Positions 1 through 10,565 of a stretch of 64,000 nucleotides of DNA are shown in pieces; position 1 is the first letter of the stretch, and every line of letters starts with the position of its first letter. Location of the stretch: NCBI GenBank assembly GCA_963675495.1, contig OY776215.1, positions 2,624,001-2,688,000 of the forward strand, in the 5' to 3' direction. The notes below the pieces were generated by a model. The model was not told the origin of the DNA and did not search any database. It worked only from the letters and a program-made list of their open reading frames with translations. Both the position numbers and the translations under genes were made by a program. The stretch is from an uncultured Methanolobus sp. (lineage in GTDB: Archaea; Halobacteriota; Methanosarcinia; Methanosarcinales; Methanosarcinaceae).

Positions 1-410
1 ACTATCGCAAGAATCTCCTTGGTTCTGCTCGTGCAGGTTCGCTGGGATATAATGCGCATGCTGCAAATATCATAGCCGCAATGTACCTTGCCTGTGGTCA
101 GGACCCTGCTCATGTTGTTGAAGGTAGTAGTGCTATAACTACGATGGAACTGACTAAATATGGCGAACTGTACTGCTCTGTTACTCTTCCTGCAATGGCT
201 ATAGGTACTGTTGGAGGTGGCACAAATCTAGGCACACAGAGCGATTGCCTGAGGTTGCTGGGTGTAAAAGGCTCTGGAAATCCTCCAGGTTCTAATTCAA
301 AAAAGCTTGCTGAAATAATTGCTTCTGCTGTACTTGCAGGTGAGATATCACTTGTAGGTGCACAGGCAGCCGGTCATTTGGCAAGGGCTCATGCAGAACT
401 TGGAAGATAA
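1..410 (+). CDS. hmgA: HMG-CoA reductase (NADPH, class I), C-terminal part; truncated by window start
   Basis: Frame open from base 3: [22 protein letters not shown]...GQDPAHVVE...GTVGGGT...AVLAGEIS...GHLARAH. Confidence 0.95.
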   Translation, partial: YRKNLLGSARAGSLGYNAHAANIIAAMYLACGQDPAHVVEGSSAITTMELTKYGELYCSVTLPAMAIGTVGGGTNLGTQSDCLRLLGVKGSGNPPGSNSKKLAEIIASAVLAGEISLVGAQAAGHLARAHAELGR

Positions 411-426
411 GAATATCAAATAACCG

Positions 427-459
427 TTACAAAGGGAATTTCTCTGTGTACCTTTGTAA
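427..459. terminator. Hairpin between convergent genes
   Basis: TTACAAAGG (427-435) / CCTTTGTAA (451-459) inverted repeat between two stop codons. Confidence 0.5.
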
Positions 460-464
460 TAATT

Positions 465-1187
465 TTATTTTTTCTTGTCAAGGAAGTAAGCGATTGCAAA
501 GAATCCAATTGCTACAAAAATAAGGACTATCCAGTTCGATTTTTTGCTGTTATCTATTTCCGGAATATCTAATTCATTTATTCCACTTTCTTCTGTTTGG
601 TCAGGTGTGCTTGCCAGAAACATTTCGTCATTTTCATTTGAATCGGTATCTTGCATGATGTCAGATGTGAATACTCCATCTACACCGGTTATAGTAATTA
701 CTGAATCAAATGTTGTTGTTGTCAATTCTTCTCCCAGATGATTTCCAAGCACGATGTTTGTGATTCTGATCTGACAGGGTCCATGGTTTGATCCTGCTTG
801 GAGCTTGATCGTGCAGAAGATGCCTTCATTTTCCACGCCTTCTCCTCTTATAAGTGAACTATATATCTGTGAAACCGTTCCTGCTGATTTGTTAATGGTT
901 CCTGGGTTGAATATTACTGGTGAATCACTACTTGCAAAAAAAATTCCTTCTTCAATGCTATTGATGGCTACAAGGGAGTTATCGTATGTAAGATCAAATT
1001 GCAAACCATAGATTGGTGTATCCGGTTCGATATAGACACCAAGTTCGAAAGTTTCCCCTGACCTCACTTCTTGTGCAGAAGGGATTATGCTGACACTTGT
1101 GGCTGCAATTGCCATTCCTGAAAAAAATACAAGGTATGCTGCGATAAAGATTGCACATATTGCAATCTTTGTAGTTGCTTTTCGCAT
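465..1187 (-). CDS. Cohesin-domain secreted, membrane-anchored protein
   Basis: Signal peptide, cohesin-like motifs (GLQFDLTYD, EEGIFF, INKSAGTV), acidic linker, C-terminal TM helix followed by KKK. Confidence 0.75.
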   Translation of the reverse strand: MRKATTKIAICAIFIAAYLVFFSGMAIAATSVSIIPSAQEVRSGETFELGVYIEPDTPIYGLQFDLTYDNSLVAINSIEEGIFFASSDSPVIFNPGTINKSAGTVSQIYSSLIRGEGVENEGIFCTIKLQAGSNHGPCQIRITNIVLGNHLGEELTTTTFDSVITITGVDGVFTSDIMQDTDSNENDEMFLASTPDQTEESGINELDIPEIDNSKKSNWIVLIFVAIGFFAIAYFLDKKK

Positions 1188-1202
1188 GTATGCTTCCCTG
1201 TT

Positions 1203-1406
1203 TTATTCTAGTTTAATTTTTGCTTTTTTCAGTAATTCGGAACATTCATCCATCTTTTCAGCTGCCAACTTTATATCGTCAGCTATTTCCTTGTAACCGG
1301 CAGCCTCTATTTTTTCAGACCACTCACTAAAACTCTTGCTGTGGCTGTCGTTGTGTTCTACCCAGTGTCCAATAAGGTGCTCAAGTTTTGGCTTATCAAG
1401 TTCCAT
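1203..1406 (-). CDS. Small His-rich helical protein, possibly metal-binding
   Basis: 67 aa with HWVEHNDSH motif; GGAG RBS upstream. Confidence 0.7.
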   Translation of the reverse strand: MELDKPKLEHLIGHWVEHNDSHSKSFSEWSEKIEAAGYKEIADDIKLAAEKMDECSELLKKAKIKLE

Positions 1407-1436
1407 TATAATATCTCCTGATATATTTTGTTATTT

Positions 1437-2678
1437 TTAAATTTCACGAGGGTCAGTTATCTCTCCGGTAAGTGCAGAGGCAGCTGCAGTAGCAGGTGAT
1501 GCAAGATAGATATAACCGCCGGTTCCCATTCTTCCTTTGAAGTTACGGTTGGCTGTTGATATGCAGACTTCGTCTTTGCCGATAACTCCCATATGGCCTC
1601 CAAGGCATGGTCCGCATCCTGGTGAACCAATCGTAACTCCAGCTTCCAGAAGAATCTCTATTGTGCCGTTTCTAACGGCCTCTGTTAGAATATTGCGTGA
1701 GGCAGGTATTACAATAGTCCTGATGGCAACCTTTTCTCCTTTGAGGATGGATGCGGCAACTTCAAGGTCTTCAAGTCTGCCATTGGTACAGGTTCCTATG
1801 AATGCCTGATCAAGTTTTGTAGGCTTGATGTCAGATATGTCGCTAACATTGTCCACCTGGTGGGGGATAGCAATCTGTGGCTCAATTTCCCTTGCATCGA
1901 AGTCGTATTCTTTTGAATAGACTGCATCCTCATCAGCGTAAACCGAATCGTATTCAACGGCTGCAATATCTTCAATAAAATCAAAGGTTGTCTTGTCAGG
2001 AGGAATTATGCCTGTTTTTGCTCCCATTTCAATTGCCATGTTAGAGAGGGTCATCCTGCCTGACATGGAAAGAGAGTCTATTGTGCTTCCATAGAACTCT
2101 GCAGCTTTGTAGGTTGCACCGGCAATTCCGAGGCTACCTATTATTTTGAGTGTAAGATCTTTTGAATATACTCCCTTGTTGAGCTTACCTTCAGCATTTA
2201 TTCTGATACTTTCAGGCACTTTGAACCATAGCTTTCCAGCTGCAAATATTTCTGCCATATCTGTAGCTCCCACACCGGTTCCAAATGCTCCGAATGCTCC
2301 GTAAGTGCAGGAATGTGAGTCTGCTCCAACGATGAGTTTACCTGGCAATGCAAATCCATTCTCCGGGAGCAATTGGTGGCATATACCTTCGCCTATATCG
2401 TAAAAGTTCTTGATGCCCTGATCTTTTATCCATCCACGGATATCATGTTGTAATGCGGCGGTAGTATCTGTATTTGCAGGTGTGAGGTGGTCAAATGGTA
2501 TAACTATTTTATCAGGGTTCCATACTTTCTTTTCTTCCATTTCCCTGAAAGCTCTTACAGCAAGGATGCTTGTTCCATCATGTGCCATGGCAAAATCTAC
2601 GTCGGCTATTACAAAATCGTTCGCATTCGTTCTTTTTCCTGATGCGCGGCTGAATATTTTTTCACTTATAGTGCTCAA
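1437..2678 (-). CDS. 3-isopropylmalate dehydratase / homoaconitase large subunit (LeuC/AksD family)
   Basis: [40 protein letters not shown]; TTG start at 2678 after a GGAG RBS; paralog not resolved. Confidence 0.93.
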   Translation of the reverse strand: MSTISEKIFSRASGKRTNANDFVIADVDFAMAHDGTSILAVRAFREMEEKKVWNPDKIVIPFDHLTPANTDTTAALQHDIRGWIKDQGIKNFYDIGEGICHQLLPENGFALPGKLIVGADSHSCTYGAFGAFGTGVGATDMAEIFAAGKLWFKVPESIRINAEGKLNKGVYSKDLTLKIIGSLGIAGATYKAAEFYGSTIDSLSMSGRMTLSNMAIEMGAKTGIIPPDKTTFDFIEDIAAVEYDSVYADEDAVYSKEYDFDAREIEPQIAIPHQVDNVSDISDIKPTKLDQAFIGTCTNGRLEDLEVAASILKGEKVAIRTIVIPASRNILTEAVRNGTIEILLEAGVTIGSPGCGPCLGGHMGVIGKDEVCISTANRNFKGRMGTGGYIYLASPATAAASALTGEITDPREI

Positions 2679-2836
2679 AAGATTAACTCCATTCGTGTGA
2701 CTGCGATAAGGGTGCATACAACATCTATTATTAACTTAAAATCTTCGATAGAAACAATTGTTTGTTGTAGGGTGATATAATGTTCCCTGTAAAAAAGAGT
2801 TTGTGCTGCTATTGGCAGCAAAAAGTAAAAAAGATA

Positions 2837-3211
2837 TTATGCAAGCCTTTTCAGCTTTTCAATGTTATTGAGGACATATCTGCTTTCCAGAAGGATCTTC
2901 TGTTCTATATTGAAAACAATTTGCTCAAGTGGGGTGATAAGTCTATAGAGTTTAACTGGTCTCCCCTTGCCTTCGGTTTTCTTTTCTTCTCTTATTTCCA
3001 CCCAGTTATTATCTTTGAGGTATCTCATTGCAATACTAACTTCAGGTTGCCTGAGGTTGGAGTTCTTCTCTATTTCGCGTGAGGTGATCTCTTCTCCACA
3101 GGAAAGACAGGCGAGGGTTAAGGCTACAGTTCTGTTTATGTTCAATTTTCTGAGCAACTCTACGATTTCATATTCTTTTTCACTCATACCACTGGGTTTT
3201 TTATCTCTCAT
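2837..3211 (-). CDS. Winged-helix transcriptional regulator
   Basis: TSREIE..SNLRQPEVSIAMRYL..GKGRPVKLYRL, typical of Methanosarcinaceae regulators. Confidence 0.85.
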   Translation of the reverse strand: MRDKKPSGMSEKEYEIVELLRKLNINRTVALTLACLSCGEEITSREIEKNSNLRQPEVSIAMRYLKDNNWVEIREEKKTEGKGRPVKLYRLITPLEQIVFNIEQKILLESRYVLNNIEKLKRLA

Positions 3212-3634
3212 GTGAAATCACCTGATTATGTGTAATAAATTTCTTTTTTGTTTTTTGACTTTCTGCCATTAAAAATACAACATTAGGTAACGTTTGTGTA
3301 ATGGTGTTTTTTGAAAGGCTTACCCTTTTCTTTGAAAGGTTAGTTTTGCAATTTTTTTAGTTGATAACAATTACTATTATAGCTCATTATAATATATTAA
3401 TATTTATTATATTAGAATGTTAAGTCTGAAACATCTATTTTGAATGATATATTATTGGCTATGTATGGGGCAGAGAATCAGATCCTTAGGTATAATAAGC
3501 GTAAGAAGTTTTCAAATTTTAATTAAATGTGTGTTTATATTAAGAGAAATATTCTGAATAAATTGTTATTTGGATTATAAAACTGTATACTCTGCAATAA
3601 TTTGAAATATCATTCAGAATTAGATATGATTATT

Positions 3635-3654
3635 TGGTGGGCCCGATGAGATTC
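3635..3654 (-). repeat. Exact 20-bp copy of the tRNA-Ile 3' end (att-like)
   Basis: TGGTGGGCCCGATGAGATTC at 3635-3654 is identical to 3776-3795. Confidence 0.9.
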
Positions 3655-3775
3655 ACAACTCCGATGCCGCTTCGGAAGCGCGAATCGACGTGCATCGCTA
3701 CGCTCAGCACCACAATAATAACAATAAAAACATAGTTAATCAATCAAAACCCGCATTAGAAAAGATAATTATTAA

Positions 3776-3852
3776 TGGTGGGCCCGATGAGATTCGAACT
3801 CATGGCCTCACGGTTATCAGCCGTGCGCTCTACCTAGCTAAGCTACGGGCCC
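3776..3852 (-). tRNA. tRNA-Ile(GAT), CCA encoded
   Basis: Reverse complement GGGCCCGTAGCTTAGCTAGGTAGAGCGCACGGCTGATAACCGTGAGGCCATGAGTTCGAATCTCATCGGGCCCACCA folds as a cloverleaf with anticodon GAT. Confidence 0.97.
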
Positions 3853-4032
3853 ACATTGCTTATGTTTCACGCAACGCCTTCATCACGCGACACTCCAAAT
3901 ACGCACACAGGTACTTTAATATGTCGCTTGAAAACATGAATCATACCTTAATTTTTTTAGCATGATGAAAGTACATACAAGATTGCAGCGATAGCTTTAT
4001 GTCAGATAATGTGATGTAAGACTTGATATTTC

Positions 4033-4104
4033 GGGCTGGTAGATCAGGGGAAGATCGCTACCTTGGCATGGTAGAGGCCTCGGGTTCAATTCCCGACCAG
4101 TCCA
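4033..4104 (+). tRNA. tRNA-Ala(GGC)
   Basis: GGGCTGG/CCAGTCC acceptor stem with G3:U70, anticodon arm CTACC-TTGGCAT-GGTAG, T-arm GGTTCAATTCC. Confidence 0.96.
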
Positions 4105-4536
4105 TTGAATTATTTTTACAGTTTTATTGTTTTTGCTACATTTTATTATGTTTTTATTATATTTTTGTTGCATTTCTCGGTGCATTAACGTGTCCGAACA
4201 TATACATATCTCTTGATGCGTGCTGTGGGATTTGTTCATGAATCTTTATAGGACTTAGGTGCTTTTTTATGTGGTAGAGTGGGTTATCAAGTTCTCATTT
4301 AATGCCAAAGAACAATTATTTCATTAAAATCAATACATGAAATGGAATGCAGGGTTATTAAGGCATGTTTTTTGTGGGGTATGTGAAAAGACTGCATTTG
4401 CTGAGGGTGATATTAATATCGAAGCAATGATAAATGGCAGAATGCTGCATTCAGAAAATGTTCTGTCTATGGTAGCAAAGCTTACGTTTGGGATGTGGAA
4501 ATGTCACATCTTGAAGGGTAAAAGGAGTGTTGTAAC

Positions 4537-5355
4537 GTGCCATCATTGTACTTGATATCCTGCCGTATGTTTGAGGATGAACTCGTTCATATATTTGAAG
4601 AGGAAGATGGGAACACACGATTGATAATGATCGAGAACGAAAATATCGAAGTAATTAAGAAGAAACTAAATGATGTTTCCGTAAACTATGAAGTAATATC
4701 ATCCAATTACATGTCTTCAAAGCTCGGCCAGACGGATGATTTTTTAGTTGTCCTGAATATACTGGAGTTTGCACTGGATGCTGATCCTTCCCTTCTCAAA
4801 GATAAGGTCTACATGTCCATTGAAGAAATGGGAGATCTATTTGATGGTGTCCTCGTTTTTTATGGCCTTTGCGGCAACGTTCTTGGGTCACTTGAATCAG
4901 ACTTTGCTTATCTTGGGGTGCCAGTGAGGATTCTTAAAGATGCTCAGGGCAATATTGTGGATGATTGTATATGTGCTGCATTTGGGGACAGGAATGCCTA
5001 TGTGGCAGCTATGAAAGGTGAGCAAAGAGGTGAGGGGACATACTTCCTTACTCCAATGCAAGCAGCCAACTGGAAAGAAATGCTTGTCCTTGCAAAATTA
5101 ACCCCTGATCCCGATAATATCGAAATGACGAAAATGGTCTTTGATTACTCTGGCTACAAGCATGTTGGAAAGGTGGATACGGGTTTAAGTTACGAAAAAA
5201 AGTTCGATGAGACAGTTGATGAATTTGCCTCTCTCTTTGATTTTGAGAAAAAGCTATTTGCAGGTTCCACAAAAGTAGCAGATGAATGTTATTATTCTAT
5301 TAAAAAAGAGATTACTAACGGTTCTTCAATAGAGGGTGTCGCTAATAAGGACTAA
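4537..5355 (+). CDS. DUF1638-domain protein
   Basis: FYGLCGN, IVDDCIC, GTYFLTP motifs; GTG start after GGAG. Confidence 0.8.
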   Translation: MPSLYLISCRMFEDELVHIFEEEDGNTRLIMIENENIEVIKKKLNDVSVNYEVISSNYMSSKLGQTDDFLVVLNILEFALDADPSLLKDKVYMSIEEMGDLFDGVLVFYGLCGNVLGSLESDFAYLGVPVRILKDAQGNIVDDCICAAFGDRNAYVAAMKGEQRGEGTYFLTPMQAANWKEMLVLAKLTPDPDNIEMTKMVFDYSGYKHVGKVDTGLSYEKKFDETVDEFASLFDFEKKLFAGSTKVADECYYSIKKEITNGSSIEGVANKD

Positions 5356-5659
5356 ACGGAGTGTACGGTAGTTTAAATTTTAATCAACCTGTTAAATAAT
5401 GGGGCTGAGGGTACTATTTACTAGTGTATACAAAGCAACATTTATGGAACAATATATATGTTCGATTATGTATATTACTTTTTAACCCATATGTGGAACA
5501 GTATTTATTTGAAAATACAGGTGAATTTATTTTGAGGTCTTTTCAGTAATCTTATATACCTTAAAGAATCACATCCGTATACTCATGAAAATTATTATTT
5601 ATAAATAAATATTACTTTTCCAATTATGAACCTGTAAATGAAATATAAGCGGTGGTCAT

Positions 5660-6196
5660 TTGAAAAAAATACTATTATTTGTTCTGTTGATATGTGTTCT
5701 CTTTGCATGTGGTTGTACTGAATCTGATGATTCTCCTACGGTTATGGCCGGGGATTACGTTTCTGTAAATTATACTGGTAGTCTTGAAGATGGGACTGTG
5801 TTCGATACTTCCAAAGCAGATGTTGCTATGGCAGAAAATCTTTACAATCCATATAGAAGCTACGAACCTTTGCCCTTTATAGCTGGTTCAGGCCAGATGA
5901 TCAAAGGATTTGATGATGCTGTAATGGGAATGGCAGCTGGTGAGAAGAAAACTGTTACAATACTTCCGGAAGATGGTTATGGTGCTTATTGCCCTGAACT
6001 TCTGATACCTGTGCCTGTAGATGAATTCCAATCTGCGAACATAACTCCTGTTATAGGCCAAAAAGTAACATATCAGAGCCAGCCTGTGACAATTGTCAAC
6101 ATCTCTGAGGAAAACGTCACTCTTGATTGTAATCATAACCTTGCAGGCAAAACCCTGATATTTGATATTGAATTGATCTCAATAGAAAAAGCCTGA
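5660..6196 (+). CDS. FKBP-type peptidyl-prolyl isomerase (SlyD-like), lipoprotein
   Basis: Lipobox FACGC; VNYTGSLEDGTVFDTS, GQMIKGFD, DCNHNLAGKTLIF. Confidence 0.92.
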   Translation: MKKILLFVLLICVLFACGCTESDDSPTVMAGDYVSVNYTGSLEDGTVFDTSKADVAMAENLYNPYRSYEPLPFIAGSGQMIKGFDDAVMGMAAGEKKTVTILPEDGYGAYCPELLIPVPVDEFQSANITPVIGQKVTYQSQPVTIVNISEENVTLDCNHNLAGKTLIFDIELISIEKA

Positions 6197-6212
6197 GTAA
6201 AGTGGTCTGCTC

Positions 6213-6596
6213 ATGGAAAAAGAAGAAAGGATCGTTGTGGTCCTTCTATGCATGGCTGTTCTGTCTCTGACAATAGCTTACGCCACATTTTTTTCAGGTG
6301 ATGGTGACGGTGGTGTGGAGAGCTTCAGTTCTTCTTCACTGCCTGGTGAAAATGTTCGATTTGAGGGAGATGTGCTTTCAAAACGTTTTACTTATTCAGG
6401 TGGTCATCTTTTAATGGATGTTGATTATGGGTCAGGGGTAGTCAAAGTTTTTGTACCTTCAGCCAATGGTGCAAATGATGTGGACTCACAAATAGGTGAA
6501 AACGAACATGTGGTGATAGTTGGTATTGTGGAGGAGTATGAAGGTGAATTGGAAGTAGTGGTTCAAAATAGTGATGATATGACTCTTTTAAAGTAA
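6213..6596 (+). CDS. Membrane-anchored OB-fold protein
   Basis: N-terminal TM helix; OB-fold pattern DYGSGVVKVFV...GIVEEYEGELEV. Confidence 0.7.
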   Translation: MEKEERIVVVLLCMAVLSLTIAYATFFSGDGDGGVESFSSSSLPGENVRFEGDVLSKRFTYSGGHLLMDVDYGSGVVKVFVPSANGANDVDSQIGENEHVVIVGIVEEYEGELEVVVQNSDDMTLLK

Positions 6597-6661
6597 ATTG
6601 TTTTGACCATACATTAATTAGTCGCTAAAGATATATGCAAAAAATCACCTCATAGTAGAAT

Positions 6662-7822
6662 ATGAAAGCCTGTATAATGTGCGGTGGGGAAGGTACCAGA
6701 TTACGTCCGTTGACATTTGCTCGGCCAAAACCGAGCATTCCTATTTTAAATAAACCTTCAGTTGTTCATTTGATCGAACATCTGGCAAAGGAAGGTTTCA
6801 ATGATATCGTTATCACTCTGGGGTATATGGCTGAAAAGATCGAGGAGGAACTTGGTGATGGGCGCATATTCGGAGTTCATATTGATTATGTTTATGAAAA
6901 GGATAAACTAGGCACTGCAGGTGGTGTAAAAAATGCTGAAGAATACCTGCGTGACGAACCATTCATAGTACTTGGCGGAGATCATGTATTGAATCTGAAT
7001 CTCAGAGAAATGCACAGATTCCATGAAATGACTGATGCTCTTGTCACAATCGGGCTTTTATCCATTGATGATCCCCGGGAATTTGGTATAGCTGACATGG
7101 ATGTCAACAACAGGATTCGTCGTTTTCTTGAAAAGCCCGGTCCGGGTGAGATTTTCAGTAATCTTGCAAGCACTGGTATTTATGTATGTGACCCTGAGAT
7201 TTTTGACTGGATTCCGGCAAATACGAAATATGATTTTGCAAAGGACCTTTTCCCGGATATACTGGCTAAAAAGAGAAAGATACATGGTATTCTTGCAAGG
7301 GGCAGGTGGACGGATGTGGGAAGTCCTCAGGCTTACAGGCAGGCTCAGCGCTGGATGCTTGAAGCTCTACCTGGTACTACGATAGAAGGTCATTTCAAGA
7401 CAAAGGATGCTCGCATAAAAGGTCCGGTTTCTCTTGGTCATAATGTTTCAGTCGGTTCTAATTCTGCCATTGTAGGTCCTATTGTCATTGGGGAGAATAC
7501 GATGATTGGGGACAACGTCCTTATTGGTCCGTACACGACAATTGGGTCTAATTGCGTGATAAATAATGATTCAAGAATTCTTTCTTCCTATTTATTCAAT
7601 AATGTGCTTGTTGGTGAGAATTCGAATGTGTCCGGTTCTGTAATCGACAATGGTACAAAAATAGGAAATAATTGCAGCCTTGAAAATGGTACTGTTATTG
7701 GTCCTGCTGTTTTAATTGGGGATGATGTTACAGTTCATTCAGACGTGCGAATATGGCCTGAAATTACTATTCCGGCTAAGACCAGGGTCAAAGAAGATAT
7801 TCTTAACGAGTCTTATATTTAA
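6662..7822 (+). CDS. NDP-sugar synthase (mannose-1-phosphate guanylyltransferase-like)
   Basis: GGEGTRLRPLT..PK, LGTAG, FLEKP; C-terminal hexapeptide repeats. Confidence 0.92.
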   Translation: MKACIMCGGEGTRLRPLTFARPKPSIPILNKPSVVHLIEHLAKEGFNDIVITLGYMAEKIEEELGDGRIFGVHIDYVYEKDKLGTAGGVKNAEEYLRDEPFIVLGGDHVLNLNLREMHRFHEMTDALVTIGLLSIDDPREFGIADMDVNNRIRRFLEKPGPGEIFSNLASTGIYVCDPEIFDWIPANTKYDFAKDLFPDILAKKRKIHGILARGRWTDVGSPQAYRQAQRWMLEALPGTTIEGHFKTKDARIKGPVSLGHNVSVGSNSAIVGPIVIGENTMIGDNVLIGPYTTIGSNCVINNDSRILSSYLFNNVLVGENSNVSGSVIDNGTKIGNNCSLENGTVIGPAVLIGDDVTVHSDVRIWPEITIPAKTRVKEDILNESYI

Positions 7823-7850
7823 TGCTTTCCTTGGTTAATGTGATCGGGAT

Positions 7851-8879
7851 ATGAACAAGATTAAAAAATGGGTTATAGTATCATTAATTATCAGCGTTGT
7901 TTCAGGTATAATTGTAGTACTTTTTACCTTTGACTCTGGGACTATTCATGCTTTAATGGGGATAAAGCCTGAATATATAATTGCTGCGGCAGTTATTCAT
8001 GCTATGACCTATGTGATCTGGGGCATGCGGACACGTTCTCTCTGTAAGGCTTTGGGCTATAATGTAAGCTATATTAAGTCATTTGAGATTGTAACTTCCG
8101 CAACTCTGGCAGCATCAATTACGCCTTCATCTCTTGGGGGTGAACCTCTTCGGATCCACTTGCTTCATGGTCAGAAAATGCCTTTGGGAAAAGCCACTGC
8201 AGTGGTTCTAGGGGAACGGGTGCTTGATGGTATTCTGATTCTTACACTTGCTCCATTTTCCATCTATGTTATACGTGGTGTTCTAAGCGATTCGGTGTTT
8301 GATTTTATGTTTATTTTTGCAGAAGCAGGGCTGATGTTCATACTTTTTCTTACATTGTATGCTATCTGGAGACCAGGGCCTACTAAAAAGGTTGTATACT
8401 TCTTTGTGCATCGGCTGGCACCAATTTTAGGCAAAAAAAAGGACAATGTTCTCGATAGTATTATTGAAAGGGTTGATTCAGAGCTTGAGCATTTCCATGG
8501 AAGTATTTCTGTATTGCTAAATGAAGGTAGGAAAGGTCTTGCTTTTGGGATATTTCACACTCTTGCTTTCTGGTTTGTCGACTTTTCAATGCTCTATGTA
8601 ATATTAATAGGCTTGAACCAGCATCCTGATCCTGTTCTTGTTTTCGCTTCACAAGTTATCACAATGATCATAATTCTCATACCGGCTACTCCTGGCGGCA
8701 GCGGAATTGCGGAATTTGCTGGAACGACACTATTTTCCTTGTTTGTGTCTTCTTCTGTTCTTGGGATTGCAGTTATTGCATGGAGGGCATTCACATTCTA
8801 TATGAATATCCTGGTAGGTGGATTTGTCAGCTTCAAAATATTGAAAGATACTGATTTCATCAAAAAGTATCTGAATTAA
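7851..8879 (+). CDS. Flippase-like membrane protein (UPF0104 / lysylphosphatidylglycerol synthase TM domain)
   Basis: Multiple TM helices; ITPSSLGGEP, ERVLD, PATPGGSGIAE, WRAFTFY. Confidence 0.88.
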   Translation: MNKIKKWVIVSLIISVVSGIIVVLFTFDSGTIHALMGIKPEYIIAAAVIHAMTYVIWGMRTRSLCKALGYNVSYIKSFEIVTSATLAASITPSSLGGEPLRIHLLHGQKMPLGKATAVVLGERVLDGILILTLAPFSIYVIRGVLSDSVFDFMFIFAEAGLMFILFLTLYAIWRPGPTKKVVYFFVHRLAPILGKKKDNVLDSIIERVDSELEHFHGSISVLLNEGRKGLAFGIFHTLAFWFVDFSMLYVILIGLNQHPDPVLVFASQVITMIIILIPATPGGSGIAEFAGTTLFSLFVSSSVLGIAVIAWRAFTFYMNILVGGFVSFKILKDTDFIKKYLN

Positions 8880-8888
8880 AAAAGCTAC

Positions 8889-10565
8889 TTAAATGTTAAT
8901 GTAATGTATTATTTCTTCATTGCCTGTTCTTTTGATAAAATCATCTTTGCTTGTGAACGGGGCTTTCCTTTTTATATCGGTAGCCTGTTTCTTCCCAATG
9001 CCTGGAAGTTCCTGTATGAGTGGAATGGTGGCCGTGTTTATGCCGAGGGGATATGGCACGCCTGTGATCGATCGGTGGCCGTGGCGAGTCACAGTAGCAT
9101 CTATAAACCTACCAAGTGGCATATTTGCTGGTATTCCTACTAGTAATGGGTAAGAACCCATTTGTCTTCCAAAACACATTTTTCCATCATTGATCTCACA
9201 CATAACATCTTTGAGTATTGTTCCGGTGGGGACAAGCTTCTGGAGCATTGGCAGGTCTATATTTTTTCTGATCTTCTCTTTATATTTAAGAAATATCTGT
9301 TTATGCTTTCTTACAAGTTCATCATTGCCATACATCAGAGTGTCGGGGAAGGCCATGACCTGTCTTATGTTTATCCTGCGAAGCAGTAGGTCTGAGTCAA
9401 GAACTCGTTTCAGGAATTCGTAGTTAAGGTCAAATGTCTTTTTTGACTCTCCTATAAGGCCATGTACGAGATTTATTCCGGGGAGTATCTCTGGTATTCC
9501 ATTGTTTCCTCGTATTCTTCCTACTTCATTAATGAGTTTGACCGCTTCAAATATTTCATCAGGCATTGCTTTGAGTTTATTGGCTTTTACAACGATAGGG
9601 TCAGCACTTTCCATCCCAAGGGCTGCTACATCTCCTGAAGTATGGTATTTTACAATGGTTTTGAATATATCTTTGCACAATTCTGGATATGTTGCTATGG
9701 TTCCCGGATTGGCATTATCCATATGCAATACTTTTAGTTGCGGTGCCACATTCCTGATGCCTTTATAGAGCGAAAGGATGGCTTCAGGATCTGGCTCGGG
9801 TATTTGTCCACCTTTATCTTTTGCGTGGTAACTCAGGATGTCAGGTTGTCTTCCTATTCTGAAATATCTGGCTCCTCTATCGTATAATCCTTCTACTTCA
9901 GAAATAACATCAATAATAGGTCTATAGTCGGAGCTTCCATAGGAGGGTTCTGTGCAAAATGAGCAGTGTTGGTTGCGCCCACATCCTCGGTAGGTTTCAA
10001 GCTCACACATGACATTGGGATAATCTGGATGCTGTTTAATTATGAAAGTTCCTTTAGAAGCCCATCTGCCAATTTCCTCAACTGATCTGAACCGATGTTG
10101 GCATTGCTCCGGATCTGTTACCTTTCTTTCGAGAACATCATAAACAAATGCTTCGATGTCTTTCTGGCATATGATTACGTCTGTGGCGTTAATCAGTTTG
10201 CTTTCCGCTTTTTTTCCACCTTCCAGGGAATATCCAAGTCTTATGGGTCCGCCAAGTATTTTTATGCCGCTGGCTGCACTGAAGATGCTCTCTATCTCTC
10301 TCTGATTAATTGGTGTTGAACGCAGGTATTTTCCAGGTACTGTCATGCCAGAAACAATTATTATGATGTCTGCTTTCTTTATGGGTTCGGACGCATCGTT
10401 CGGGCTTTTACGTAGCTCGTCGATGGTGAATAAAGATATGTCTGTTTCCTGCAATCCTCTTTCCCGCAATGCTCCTGCAACATATCTTATGTATGGGGAT
10501 ATGTAAGGTGGAACTCCAAAACATGCAGGTTCATCTACATATCCGTCTATTATTACTGCTTTCAT
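8889..10565 (-). CDS. Radical SAM protein with C-terminal helix-hairpin-helix (COG1031-like)
   Basis: IIDGYVDEPACFGVPPYISPY; ETYRGCGRNQHCSFC; C-terminal INTA..LPGIGKKQA. Confidence 0.88.
   Translation of the reverse strand: MKAVIIDGYVDEPACFGVPPYISPYIRYVAGALRERGLQETDISLFTIDELRKSPNDASEPIKKADIIIIVSGMTVPGKYLRSTPINQREIESIFSAASGIKILGGPIRLGYSLEGGKKAESKLINATDVIICQKDIEAFVYDVLERKVTDPEQCQHRFRSVEEIGRWASKGTFIIKQHPDYPNVMCELETYRGCGRNQHCSFCTEPSYGSSDYRPIIDVISEVEGLYDRGARYFRIGRQPDILSYHAKDKGGQIPEPDPEAILSLYKGIRNVAPQLKVLHMDNANPGTIATYPELCKDIFKTIVKYHTSGDVAALGMESADPIVVKANKLKAMPDEIFEAVKLINEVGRIRGNNGIPEILPGINLVHGLIGESKKTFDLNYEFLKRVLDSDLLLRRINIRQVMAFPDTLMYGNDELVRKHKQIFLKYKEKIRKNIDLPMLQKLVPTGTILKDVMCEINDGKMCFGRQMGSYPLLVGIPANMPLGRFIDATVTRHGHRSITGVPYPLGINTATIPLIQELPGIGKKQATDIKRKAPFTSKDDFIKRTGNEEIIHYINI

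Noticed and set aside
3690-4241. Short ORFs overlapping the tRNA genes
   Set aside because: They overlap clear tRNA cloverleaves and have no protein features
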